A stretch of DNA of 64,000 nt from Schmidtea polychroa (taxonomy: Eukaryota), in the NCBI GenBank assembly GCA_044892525.1, contig CM097887.1, positions 33,790,001 through 33,854,000 of the forward strand, given 5' to 3'. The position numbers and the translations under genes were made by a program. The notes below the pieces were generated by a model that saw only the letters and a list, made by a program, of their open reading frames with translations, had not been told where the DNA came from and did not search any database. Position 1 is the stretch's first letter, and each line of letters starts with the position of its first letter. Positions 1 to 13,947 of the stretch are shown here, one piece after another.

Positions 1-3000
1 AATCTTTCAAAAAAAATCAAGAAATTTATAAAAAACTGGAAGTAAATATAGAAGAAATTTAAATGGAAATATATTAAATAAATTAAAATAATCAATTTCA
101 AAGATTTCATCAATTAATTAATTAATTAATTAATTATTATTATTACAGTTTTTATATTATTATCATTATTATGATTATTTATATTATTTTTATTACTATT
201 ATCATTCTTTTTATTATAAAAATTTCCTTTAATTAACTTACCGACTGAATTTAATTACATTAATATTAATATTTAATAAACTATTAAATAGTAAAATTAG
301 ATATAGAAAACATATCAACTTAAAATAGAAATATTTCATTTTCTTGATCTTCATTTCTTTTCAGGTTTAATTATCAATTTTTAGTTCTATATTTCAATTC
401 AGGATAGATACGCTTTAGTAACATGCAGTCAAAACCATGGAATAAATAAAAAACAATCCACATCCTTCAAAATCACAAATGATTACACAATTTTAGTTAA
501 ATTGATCTTTAGTGTATTTTCTATTTAATCACAAAATATATCATGTGAATATGACATACAAATTGTCTGTTTATAGCAGATTCAATTTGGAAATTGTGTA
601 CATTCGCAATATTCAATCAATACACTCGTGAACGTATGAATGAATTTCTTAAAATTTACTCATGTACAAGTTATCCAGTTACAGAAAAAATCTGCAACTA
701 ATTATAACAACAAATAAATTTCTTCAACATGCCATTATAAACAATTTTTTAATTTTTACTTAGTTTTGTCTTTTTTTTATTAGAAACTTAATTATAATGA
801 CATGAAAAAAAATGTTCCTGAAGCGACTTCTGTTAGAAAGCGAGCTTTGATTTCTGTAAATATTGACGATTTCAATCAAATTGAGTTTTAAATAATATTT
901 ACAAACTTAGGCGAATATTTGCGTTTAAATCTTCTCAAACTAATTCATCCGGGAGTAATACATTGGTAAAATATTTTTTCATTGGGATTTCTTGACTTCC
1001 GTGGTTAGGTTACTTGTACAAAATTTGAAGTTTAGAACTTTTGATTAATATTCACCCACTTATATTTTTTCTTTTCATGACTTTTTTGTTATTTTTTTAA
1101 AAATATATTTATTAAAACAAAGCATATTTTAAAAATTAATAAAATTACTTTATAGATTTTCTCTAAAAAATGACAGTTTTATTTCCGTTTTATGGATATA
1201 TATTCCATTTCGTTGTTTACAATAAAGAACCAGCGACCATGGGTGAAAAGGTAGTCAAAGTACAGTTGAGTGATCACCATAATCATCATACAGTAATCTA
1301 ATGGACTTTTACTTATGAAATATTATCAACGATAATGCATATTCAAGGAAACTACTCACAGTTAATGATATAATTCAACCCAGAAAAAAACATTCTTAGA
1401 AATGAATGCGAATAATGATTTTAGCGTCGAAATGTCCTTGGGTATAAAACTTAATTGCAACAATATGTAAATGATGAAGACAGACAAGAAATTGTTCTCA
1501 AAAATGCTAAATTTCAAAATAAATATAAGAGAATATAATTTTAATCTCATCTAACAGAGCTATAATTCAATTTCATATATTCATAAAAGAGAAGAAAAAT
1601 ATTTTTAAATGTGAAAATATAAAATTAAAGGATGTGTCAAATTATAATATTTACATTTATTGAAAATGAGTAAATTCGCTATTAATTACGTTTCTAAATA
1701 AATTTACTTTATGAAAATTTGATTAATTTCACAATAATAATATATTGTTTAAATGAACAAATAGTTCAGATTTCATAATTTTTGTTTTAATCGAGTTTTT
1801 CTTTTGAATTATCAAATATTTAAAAGTAAATATGTTTATTTATTTGTTTAAATTTCTTTCTAGAATTTATATATATAATATTCTTAAGACACACAAATAT
1901 ATATATTTATAACTTACAACTTTTACATTTTATGGATTAATCCAATCAATTTCGAAATATAAAGTTTATGAAAATAATTAAAAATATTTTAAGTACAATT
2001 AATATTTTCATTGGTAGTAATTTTTGGAAGTAATATAGGAAGTGAATACTCATAGTTTCTAGGGGTCTTGTAAAAATATAATAGACATAATTTTCAATAG
2101 CAAATTAAGTTTATACTGAGTACTAACATACCAAATTTGCTAAAAATACATTTTAAATATTTTTAATTTTTAATAACGAATTATTTGTTTTGTCTTTTAT
2201 ACAGTGTTTATAGCAGAGAAATACATATTGTCAAATTGTAATCATTTTATTATTTTATTCATTTAAAATAAACATTTGAAACCTGAATGTCATATTTAAT
2301 AAAACAAATTTGTAGAAATTACAAAAGCTGTCGTATTTTTCTTTCTTTACAAATACAATTCCACGAGTCATTTTCGAATGAAAATTGTGTAATTTGTGGT
2401 CATTTCAACATATGTATGTCTCATTTCGTTACTCCGTCAAAGTCTTTTGATTTTTGTGTGTTTGATTATCTTCATGTTGACATGTAAAGTTGAATTAGTT
2501 TTCTAAACAATAATGAAAATTAACCTCCTGAAAGAATATTCCCATAAATTCTCCTACTCCATGTCATTGAACCTCCGTATATAATTAATAATTAATACAA
2601 TTAATAAATTTGTTCAAAAATCCTTAATTTCTATAGTTGATATATCCTACTTGATGATGAGGAAAACTATCGAAATATATCGTGAGACGAATGTTTGATT
2701 GCCGCTTTCTTAAAATATTATAGCTGTACATAATTAGAATATCAATCAAATACAAATATGGTTTTCTAGTTAGGCTTTCTAGGGTTAATCTAATTGTATT
2801 TGTAAATTTTTCATAAAACATTTTGCAGCTTTAATTATTTGTAAATTTAATAAAATGTCATTATTGGAGTTATCATTAATGTTTTATTGGAGTTATCATT
2901 ATTGGAGTTATCATTAATGTTTCATTTATTTTCATTTCCACAAAAGATATTTTTTATTATTATATTCAACACTAGATAAAGTCAAAGCTGAAAATTTATG

Positions 3001-4686
3001 TGGATTATAACAATGAAAAATATTTCATTGTTGTTTTTTTATTACACATGCATTGTACGGTTCTTCAAAGTAAGTATATAATTTTTTATTTTTAATATAA
3101 TTTTTATTCATCCTGGCTAAAAAACATTGATAATAAAATTAAACTAAATTTGAAAAATATAATTAATATTTGTACTCTTAGCTTCTTGAGCTCCTGACCT
3201 CTTGACCACTAAAATTAGATTAAATTTAAAGTGAGATTAAATGTAAATTAATTTTTTTATTTAGATATAAATGTGATGTGAGACCTTTTTATGCAGTCCC
3301 TATCCACCGCACAAATAACAGGCTTGAGTATTTGTCAATATTTTACAATACATATTTAGATATACACATTTATTAATTTTGCAAAATTTATTAATTGTGA
3401 CTATTGTTGTTTGAATATTGAATATTTGTTATTTCTGTATTAACAATTATTTTTACTGTATCAATGTTTTAATGAATGAAACATGAATTCAAAAATAATT
3501 GTTTTCCTGCCAAAATATTTTATTAACCCAACTATAAATTTAATAAAAAAATAAAGTCAAAAATTGAAAGTTTAGACAAAATAAAAAATGAAATTTTTAA
3601 TAAAAAAAACAAATTAAAATACTAAAATTGTGGTAAAAAAATATTAAAAAAATATAAAGTTACCTAATGTTAAAAAAATCGTTTAAAAACATGTTAAATA
3701 AAGTTTATAGATGATTCAAATAGACTTTTATTTACTTTTGTATTAAATTTGATAATTATTATATTTAAACGATATCAATTGTAAATTTAAAAAAATATTT
3801 ATATACAAAATTCTTGCTTCTCAGTGAAATTGTTTTCAGATATTTTGCATTGTATTGTTTGTTTATATATACAACGTTTATATATAAAAATATTTACAAA
3901 GACGTATCCCAAATTTCATTATAAATAAATAAAAATAGGTCAGTGATGAAAGATTAAATGATTTTAATAATGAATTATTTCTTTAAATAATTGAGATTTC
4001 TTGCAATTAACAAATTATTTTGATGAACAATTTATAATTAAATCCAGAAATTAATTTAATTGTGTTAATTAGCATAATAAAACGGCTTATATAATTTTTT
4101 AAAAATAAAAATTAACAATTTCAATTTATCTTTACCCGAATAATTAACTCATATATTTGTAATTAATCAAAAGCTCCACAATGTCTAGAAAAGTTAGATA
4201 TGAAATCGAAAATGCAAATATTATTTTTAGATCAAATCGCTAAACAAATGATTTTGGTGAATAAGATTTAGAAATTATATTTTGTTATCAATCTTTTCAC
4301 GAAAATTAACATCAATTAAAACAATAAATTTATAATTAAAATGATAAAACAATGACAGGGAATAAATTTTTATAATGTTTTCTCCTTTTTTCTATAATTG
4401 TACCTAAATTTAAATATATAGAATTGATCAAAGAAAATAAAAATATAACTTGATTAATTATTAAACTTGTTCTAGGTTTCACACATTTTTTAATTGTATT
4501 AATCAAAATTTTGTTTTAAGTATAGAAACATTGTTTCATTTTACCGATGAAAAATTAGATATTTTCATTAAATAATTCAACTGACAATTAAATAATTAAA
4601 TATAAAATTATATTTCAAGTATTGTTTTCAACGAAGTATTTTTGATACATTTTATAGTTTATTGTAATTATTTTGATCAACACTGA

Positions 4687-4760
<74 letters not shown>
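4687..4760. repeat. (ATT)n microsatellite
   Basis: About 24 perfect ATT units. It produces the poly-Asn ORF 4615-4851. Confidence 0.95.
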
Positions 4761-4761
<1 letters not shown>

Positions 4762-4764
4762 AAA

Positions 4765-4990
4765 TAAAACAATTAAATGATAATTTAAGCCTTTTGCTGC
4801 GAATAATGTATTTAATGAAAATATTTTCGACCATAAGAAAGTCCTTGTCAAGGATTGACAAGGACTATCTTATAGTCGAAAATATTTTCGTTAAATACAT
4901 TATTCGCAACAAAAGGTTTAAATTATCACTTTATTGTTTTAAATAATAAATGCTGCTACTAAGAATTCATCACTTTATACATTAATAAAA
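4765..4990. mobile_element. Palindromic (foldback) repeat family, copy 1
   Basis: Arms of about 87 bp (4765-4851 and 4855-4940) surround a 3-nt GGA loop. The 3' flank ATTGTTTTAAATAATA.ATGCTGCTAC is shared with the copy at 38666-38850. No TSD was identified. Confidence 0.75.
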
Positions 4991-7365
4991 TAATAATAGT
5001 AATGATAAATTAATAANNNNNNNNNNNNNNNNNNNNNNNNNNNNNNNNNNNNNNNNNNNNNNNNNNNNNNNNNNNNNNNNNNNNNNNNNNNNNNNNNNNN
5101 NNNNNNNNNNNNNNNNNNNNNNNNNNNNNNNNNNNNNNNNNNNNNNNNNNNNNNNNNNNNNNNNNNNNNNNNNNNNNNNNNNNNNNNNNNNNNNNNNNNN
5201 NNNNNNNNNNNNNNNNNNNNNNNNNNNNNNNNNNNNNNNNAAACAGTGCCAAATATCTAATATTAATTAAAATAAATGAAATTATAATTCTCAAATGACA
5301 GTTTTTCTGATATTTTAAAAATTAAAATATCAAAAAATTAAATTTCTTAAATAAATTATTTTTTATTTTAACCTAACCAAAACTTTAATTATAAATAAAC
5401 TTAGTAAAAAAATGTATTTTTTGTTAATTAATTAATTATACTCTTGCTTATTGTGAACATGTAAATATATTGATTATTTTATGTGTTTATATTTTTTATT
5501 AAACGTCTTTTCATTGTGTTCATGATTTTCCCTTTATTTTATCTTACATATTGTCACAAACATTCATTTTTAAATCCTTTATATTATCTTCGCTGGAATT
5601 GAATGAATATGACATGCAAATCTTGCAAGGAATAATAAACCGATAATAAACCAGTCATCCAGTTCGGCTGAAGCTTGGTGAATAGACTCATTGTCGATGA
5701 CAATCCGTTTTATTAAGTTACGGTGCCACACTTACATACATAAATACATCAAAGTTCTGTCTAGAGGGCAAAACGTGGAATTTTAACGGCTTTTTGAATT
5801 TTGAAAGAATTTGTATTATCATAGCATTTCGTGTCCAAAGTCAACAAAATTATATGTTTGTTGTTTATTTAGAACTAGAATAAATTTGAAATTGATTTCA
5901 AACAGTTAAATTTTACATATAAAGATTGTTATATAAAACTTACATATAAAACTGATTCTTTAAGGATAATTATTTTTCAGATGTAGTACCAGCATATCAT
6001 ACTTAAAAAGTATATCAACAACTAGCAACATTCTACAAAATATACAGGGAATTTTGGGAATCACTTTTTTTATATTTTAACAGTGCTTATTTTTATTATT
6101 TAATTTATTTTATATTTCTACTTTATTTTAACGGTTAAGAGGACTGTTTTTCTCAATTTAATACAAATAGCATTTTTTGCATAGTAGTATATTGTACATT
6201 TCTGTAAAAGGGGTCTTTCCCAATTTTTATTATTATCTTTTTATTAGAAAACTGAAAATATTTCTCTGAAGGAAAATCAGGTTTAATGAATACTTTGGAA
6301 ACTTAGTATTTATTTCCCACTGAACAAGCGGAAACTTTCATATATGAGCCAATTATTGAGGTAGAATCTATACAAAACGTCATGTAGTAATTTTAACAGT
6401 TTGATATATTAATTAAATATAAAAATAACTTTTAGGACGTTTCAACTGATTTAATGCAAATTTGAAACTTTGAGTACTCACTAAATCTAACATCGTTACA
6501 AAAAGAAATTATTTGTATGAGGTAATATAAATGTAAAGCTGTATGCAACATTTCTATTTTGTCATTAATATTGCCTCAGTGCTCCCTTGATAGATATTAC
6601 TGAGTGGATAAAATGGGAATGAAAAAGTATAAATTTGTCTAGGCTATCATTTGAAATGAAGACACGTTAATGTTCCTTCACCAATTTACATTTTCCTGTT
6701 TATGTGGTCCATTTTTATCTATTTAATAAATATTAATTCATTTTAAGTGTACGTTGTGGTTCAGTAAATTATTAATATTAATATCAGATTTATAATAGAC
6801 AATAACGACAAGTTCGATTAAAACAAAATTTTGTTAAAATAATAATTAAACACAGAAAATTGAATTGTAATAATTACGAAATGCAATTAAAGGGAAACCT
6901 TTTCAATGAATGTGAAGTCCAGCCGGTTTAAATCCACCATAATTATAGAATATTTAATTTTTATTTTCAATTTCTTTTTCTTTTTCCTTTTTTTTTGACA
7001 ATATATCAATATCTCATTTCATTTTCGGTAATATCTATTTTACTATTTTTAAAATAATAATAATTTTACCATTTGTCTTTCGAATAATCTTGAATCAAGA
7101 CAATCTTTTCCGAATTGGCAACTTTTTCAATTAGTGGACCAAATTAAAAGTACATAGGGGTACTTTTTTGCTTTGAATTTGTATATTGACATGTATACTG
7201 ATAAATTTAAAAGTTTCTGACTCATAAACAATTTAATAGAAGAAACAGATAAAATAAAAATAAAAATAACTTTTTCAGCTTTTGTAGTCACATTTACAAA
7301 GTTCCCTCGGTTTTGATTTCGATTTTTTGGTTGTCGCATATCATTTTATGCTTATTATTATTTAA

Positions 7366-7594
7366 CCACTTGCCGGGCGATTATTTTTTCATGTTTTCGG
7401 TCAAAAAAAAACTATTTTTTTTAAATCATTAATTAATAGTATATAATCAAAATATAACGTAAATATATTTTTTTTAATTTTCCGAGTTTGTATTCACTAA
7501 TGTTTTCTATATGAGTTTGCGCTCACATGTGAGCGCTCGCCCGAAATGGTACACATTTTTTGCACTCATATTTGAGCCCGCGCCCGGCAAGTGG
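7366..7594. mobile_element. piggyBac-type MITE
   Basis: TTAA on both sides (7362-7365, 7595-7598). Perfect 14-bp TIR CCACTTGCCGGGCG. Internal 18-bp palindrome GCGCTCACATGTGAGCGC at 7519-7536. Confidence 0.8.
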
Positions 7595-9587
7595 TTAATA
7601 TAATATTTTTAGAATATAATGAATTTATTATAAGCGCCACTCGAACATTCGTTTCACAATATATTTAGATATTATTCCACTCAGGATCGGGAAGGATATA
7701 AAATAAGCATAGATAGAAGTATCGAGATCGAAAATTGAAATTTAAAAATTATTTAACTTAATGATTTAATACATTTAAAACAACAACAATCCACATACCA
7801 CAAATTGCAACCCAAACAATTNNNNNNNNNNNNNNNNNNNNNNNNNNNNNNNNNNNNNNNNNNNNNNNNNNNNNNNNNNNNNNNNNNNNNNNNNNNNNNN
7901 NNNNNNNNNNNNNNNNNNNNNNNNNNNNNNNNNNNNNNNNNNNNNNNNNNNNNNNNNNNNNNAAAATAATTAATTATAAATCATTCTTTGAATATTATTT
8001 TACTATCAAGTTTATTAAACCAAATTTCCAATTTCCTAATGTTTATTTTCAAATAAATTCACTTTTGGATATTTAATTTTATCACGCATTTGCATTGACA
8101 GAAAGTTTCCTGATTCAAACATTCTGTATTTTCATATTTTGGAAATAAAATTTTCAAACTTTATGGCAGTGGTTCTTGTCCGGTTGTCCAAATATTATTT
8201 AAGGGTATGAAATAACCTTTAAATGATAAAAACTAATTTTTGATTTTTATTTTTTTTAATACTGTATATATAAATTGCAGAAATAAACAAAACGCTTTCC
8301 AAGTAATTTATTTGAAACTAATGTTTTTTGTTTAATAATATTTTTATATTTTGTTTTAATCTGATTTGAGAAAAAATGAATATTTAGGAAAGCTCTCATT
8401 TTAAGAATGTTATTTTGTATTTTTATAAAAGTGGTTTATTATATTTGACATAGTAATTATTCCGTTGTAATTTTAGATAAATAAAATAAATTTTATAATT
8501 TTCACTTTCTTATTTTTATGAGGGATGCTGGAACAGTATGATACAAATTGGAGATGTGGAGTTTGATTATAAATTTGTAATGAATGATATTAAAGTCAAA
8601 ATATCTTTGTTTTTATTTGGAAATTATGGCTGACAAATTGCATTTTGTTATTTCAATTTTCATAAGCTGTCAGCATAACTATTTAGATTCAAAGTCCCTT
8701 ACCTTTTTACTAAGCAATATTAGTCCCATAAGATCTAACTGTAAATCATAATATTTTAATTATATCATTCAGTATATTGTAGGTATACCTTAAAGGTCAG
8801 CACTTGAAAGTAGTTTAACTGCAAAGGGTTAATAAATTCTATTTTTCACAACAAAAATAAATTTCAGCTAATTTTTGGAGTACGAGTCTTGATGAGTTTA
8901 ATATGAGCTCAAGCCAAATAAAAAATTGAGTGACCCAACACAAACATATTCATTAAATATTTCTATAATCAGTGCTAAAAACATGTGATTTAACTTTTAA
9001 CTTATTTTCATTTAAATTTTGACTATAGGTCAAATAACACTTGAAAAACGCATGCAGGAAATTAAAGTTAAACTGAAAAAACATTGTTTTAAAGTCGAAA
9101 TCGAAATGAAGATAAATGAAATTAAAAAGGTTAAAACCCATTTAAAGATAAGAAAAATAAAAATTAATTAAACTAATTGTTTGGTTATTAACTAATTTTG
9201 ACAGGAAAATAATTATTTCTAACTCTGAGTGTCCTTCATGAAAACAATAACTCGAACATAGTAATTTTTATTGTCAAACAGAAATAACAATAGTAACTGT
9301 TTTGGCCAATGAGGTTAATTTTGCGTCTGTGTGCGTGTTATTGTTTTGGTTGTTGTCGCGTCTGTGTGCGAATTCCAATTCTTTACATTTGAATTATTGA
9401 TTTGAAATTTGAGGATATATTATTTTGGATTGTTTAGGGTTTTGGATCTTTGTTTAACGAAAATAAAAGACTTATTGAATTATTCTGGTTATTTCGAATT
9501 TAATTTGATAAATATAATTTTGTGGAACATCTCAAATTTTGCTGCAGTTGATCATATTGCAAAATAATAGAAACAATTAATGACCTT

Positions 9588-9889
9588 AAGACGCTATCAT
9601 TTCAAGCAGAAATCGCCCAATTGTTGAGTCTTATTATCAATACTTTCTATTCCAACAAAGACATTTTTTGCATGATATTAATTCAAGTTATGGCGATGCA
9701 TTAGACAAAATTCGATACAAAAGCTTAAAAAATTTATCAGCCTTCGACACTACAAAGTATTTAATGATTAAAATTATTCCCGATAAAGATGCAGGGACTT
9801 TAACTATTGTTGATACTAGTAATGGTATGACCAAACCTGATTTAATCAACAAATTTGGAATTAATTCAATCATGAAACCACTTCAGGCT
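9588..9889 (+). pseudogene. hsp90: Cytosolic HSP90 N-terminal fragment, frameshifted and truncated
   Basis: Reads [27 protein letters not shown]/..[32 protein letters not shown], matching HSP90 [56 protein letters not shown]. One base is missing in the T-run at 9664-9669. RELISN is degraded, the ATP lid is partly deleted, and no downstream domains are present. Confidence 0.92.
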
Positions 9890-10013
9890 GTTGAAAATAT
9901 AATCAACAGAAACAGTAACAATATTATACCACCCATCATTACTTTTGTGTAAATAATAACAGGTAACTCTAAAGTAAACCGAATTAAATTAATGCTTAAT
10001 CGAATATATTCAT

Positions 10014-10091
10014 CCAACTCCTTCTTTATATGGTAAGTAAAACCATGTTTGTAATCAATGTTTTACTTACCGTGTAAAGAAAAGAGATGGT
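10014..10091 (+). other. Stem-loop with pre-miRNA-like geometry
   Basis: 22-bp continuous stem (10022-10043 with 10060-10081) containing two U-G pairs, a 16-nt loop and a short basal extension. Confidence 0.4.
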
Positions 10092-10443
10092 TCCATGTGT
10101 TAGGTGTCATTTATTCTTTTATCTACACCCAATCCTGGTTTGTCATTGAGATTATTTAAAAATCTTTCCAAAATAAATTGACAATAAAGTTCAAGTAACA
10201 TGAAAATTTATTGATATGAATTTTTCACATGAAAGATTAAAATATAAAATTTCATTCATTTTGACATATATTATAATTAATACAATCTTATGACCTCTCA
10301 ACATAAATATCGTTTTCATTCTTTTATGAATGTGGAATAAATTCACCGCTTTAATATTATTATTTATTTATAATTTTAAACTCTTGGAGATTTTTCTTAA
10401 TTTTTTATATATTATTAATTAAAAAAATGCAAATATTAAAAAT

Positions 10444-13042
10444 GGGGCCTGTGTAAGACACTGTCTAATTTTAATAAATTTCTATCTAATAATAATAAAG
10501 TTGTAACTAAATAAATCGTTTAATATCTAATTTTATTTTTTATTAACTATTAGAATAACATCATATCTAAAAAATAAAGTAATATCTCATTTTATAAAAC
10601 AAAAATTCATTATCTAAATTAATAAATCTAAATCTAATGAAACAAAATTAATGTAATAGAAAATAACAAATGTAAATCACTTATAGTAAAACATAAAAGT
10701 AATTTAAGTAATTAATAATGAAAATAAGAATATTTAAAAATTTATTTAGCTTTCTATTGGCGTCCTCTGCATTTAGGCAACGGTTGTTGAGTTGGAGATA
10801 ATTGTTCCGATGTAATTCCAGTAAATTGTATTGCAGGCTCTTCAATAGATTGACGCTGGAGGGCTGATTTTGATTTAGTGGGTGCTCCTCTTCTACGCTT
10901 TTTACCAAGAGGAAAGCGAACATTCATTATTGTATCTTCATCAAATATACAGTTAAGTGCTCTCGAACTGCTATTGATATTGCATGATCACAATAATAGT
11001 TCTTTTGCCAATAAAAGCAAGTGCAAGTTGAAAGTTGTCAAATATCAGTGTTAAGAATGACCATTCTTACACTGCATAAATATTTAAGATAATCCGGAAG
11101 CGCTGAAGAATTAATATCTATAACTGTTTTGTAAAACAGCTTGCACTCTTATTGAGTAATTGAGTGTTTTTGCCAGCTGGAATGAAATAAACAATTGATT
11201 GGTTTTGTAAATTAAGTTTTCTGATTTCTTTCTTTTTTCGTTCTAATAGTATGCATGTAAATAATCAACTGTGGAAATTGGTGGATTTTTTTAAAAAACG
11301 ATTAGATTTGGATCTGCTGTTTTTTCACCAACTTCATTTAACAAAAACGGTTCTCTATTGAGTGATCAATCTTCTACTTGTTTCGAGATCACATTTAAAA
11401 AACGAACAGCCGTTAAACGTTGTTTTATTTCTGTTTTGTATTTAACATCGTTGAGGTGAAACGATTCAACTGAATTTGAATGACTAGGTGTTCTAATAAT
11501 GATACCCTCAAATCATTTGTTATGAGTATCTCTGGACCAAATTGTTCACAATTTGTCACATGCATCTGTAGTTGATAATGAAACATTTTCCCATTTTTTA
11601 AGAAAACATTCTACAGAAACTTCAAAAACAGTTTTATTAAAGCTGTTTCCTTGGATATCTATTAGGTCTTGTGTCATTGCATGGCGAGGACAAGAGGTAG
11701 AACATACACATTTATTTTGTCTTGTATATTTCTCTAATGGCGTGTGCCCAACAATCGACTCGTTTCTCAAGCCTAAATACATTGATGAATGCTTTTGTTA
11801 TTGCTCCAGTGCTATCAGCGATCAACTGTGTCGGCGAATAAACAAACTCCTCGAGTCTAAATATTGTGTCTTGCAAATTTTGAAAAACAAAAGAAAAATC
11901 GTCTTCTGTTTCATTGAATGATAAGGAAAATTCAAAAGGATGAAATCGTTTCACTTTATCTGTTGTTCCAACAGTTAAGCCTGGATAACCTTCTTGTGTA
12001 ACTTTGTAAGTAGCATCAGGTAATAAGTACTTGTTAAACTTGACGTTTTGTGTCAAACTTTTAGTTGTCAAAAATACTTTAAAGCTTATTGGCGAAATAG
12101 TATATTCAAAATGTGCTATAAAGCGTTCAATTGGAGATTCAGGAACTATTAAACGCTTGTTTGTCCAGTCAATTAAATTTTTCAAGGTAGGCCTATTAAT
12201 TTTTCCTTGTGTTGTCTTTCTATATGCGGCACAAGTATTGTTTATTTTTACTATATTTATGTGTATATTTTTTGCCTAAGCTTCTCCATAATTGATTAAG
12301 GTTTTAGACCTTGTTCACAGAGCTAAATTTTCGTAAGATATTGTTTGATTGGCAATTTTTTTTGTATACACTCATGTTCACCATTGTCGTTAAATGGTGA
12401 ATGATGATGAGTAATGATTAATTTTTAGATATATACTAATTTCAGGTTTAGTTATAGATTTCAATCAAGCTTCGCAGTTTTTGCATTTGAATCAAATGAC
12501 TTGAATTTTTGTATTTAAGCGAGTCCAGTTGGTTCCATAACATTGTTCATGTTTGAGAATATGTATTTTATATCTCAATACTGGTGAAGATCTTCTCACT
12601 ATTAAACTCGTAAGCCTTTACTTTGTGACCTAATCTACCTTTGACTCTTGTATTTTCTGGTTCAATGTCCTCTGCGTCAAGGTCTGTATCATCAGCATCA
12701 TTCGTTGGTAATGCATCCGATGGTTCGAATTTTGAATTCAATTGATATTCTTGACTATCATTCATTGTTTGATTGATTGGAATTTTCTTTGTATTTATGG
12801 GATTGACAATAAATCAAAACTATTATCACATGAAGTTATTTTTAGATAGAGATTTTTTAAATTAGGCGCGAAAATATTATTTTAGATAGCAATTAATTAA
12901 ATAATAACATAAATATTATTTTAGATACATTTATATTAATTTAGATAGTAAAGTATTAAATTAGGTATACGTGCATTAAATTTAGGCGGTTACTCATTAG
13001 ATAGTATTTTATTAAATTTAGTTAGTTGTAATATTTAAGGCG
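10444..13042 (-). mobile_element. Mutator-like (MULE) element with tandem-repeat arms
   Basis: ATCTAA-core units at about 10460-10660 and inverted TTAGAT-core units at about 12838-13030 flank a MULE transposase relic. A tentative TSD TTAAAAAT lies at 10436-10443 and 13043-13050. Boundaries are approximate. Confidence 0.7.
10770..12765 (-). pseudogene. Degenerate MULE DDE transposase
   Basis: ORF pieces carry DATYKVTQEGYP..VGTTDK..FH, LIADSTGAITKAF and CWAH, and a C-terminal KRRRGAPTKSKSAL. They are collinear with the ORF at 50267-51676 and have multiple stops and frameshifts. Confidence 0.85.
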
Positions 13043-13477
13043 TTAAAAATGCATGATAATATTTATTAGTAAAATAGAGATCAATAATAAAAATTACAAG
13101 ACATCTCAAATCTTTTTACTAGAAAATCCCAATTTTGGTTCGATTGCATTTTTGTAGCACGTGGTGAATTTTCAAAAACTATAAACCAATAGAATTTATT
13201 TGTTATTTGGCCATTTTAATTGAAAATTAATAATTTTATTATTTAAATATAATTAAATATTGATTTTGACATTCATTTTAAATTTGGGATTATATGAAAA
13301 CTTAAATTAAATAAATTATTATTAGTAAATAATAAAATGATTTGAAATTGTTTTAATCATTTCAAAATTCATTATCTTAGAAACATTTTTCAAAAAACTT
13401 AATTGAGTGCTATCACTAGTTTGGTAACGTTTTAATATAGGAATTTTGTGGTTAGAGGAAATTTATTTATCTTATTA

Positions 13478-13553
13478 AATGTCACAAAGCTAATTCAATT
13501 TCAATTCTGGCTATGACAAACACACACACACACACAGATTTATTATATATAAG
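13478..13553 (+). repeat. 3' end of a Helitron/DINE-1-like non-autonomous family
   Basis: AATGTCAC..TGGCTATGAC-(AC)n-TTTATTATATATA(A)G. The same motif order occurs at 58749-58790. The class assignment is from general resemblance only. Confidence 0.45.
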
Positions 13554-13947
13554 TTAATATTTATATTATGAAAAGCTAAATCAATGTCATCATCAATAGC
13601 CGGTTGGTATAGAATCTATAAATTAAGGTTTTATCCAGAGTAACAAGGTTTACAATACACAGACAAGTTGGTTTGTTACCTATATTATAAAATTTATTGA
13701 TTTTATTTTAATTATAGAAAATGTATAGAACCTGGTGTAAAAAAGATGTTTTATCATCCAATGAACGTATTAATTTAATTGAATTAACGTATTGAAATAA
13801 TTGTTTATTGCAAAATTCAAATATTTATTGTTTAACTCAATATTAAAACAACTGAAACATTTGTAATTTTTTACATAATTGCATAAAGATTTTAAATTAT
13901 TTTCTACATAAGATTTTATTTAAATAGTTAATTTCATTAATTGATAA

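Noticed and set aside
4615-4851. 78-aa ORF with a poly-Asn tract
   Set aside because: It is an artefact of the (ATT)n microsatellite and one palindrome arm.
8821-8832. AAAGGG|TTAA, resembling a piggyBac right end
   Set aside because: No matching left end was found, and the motif is too short to call alone.
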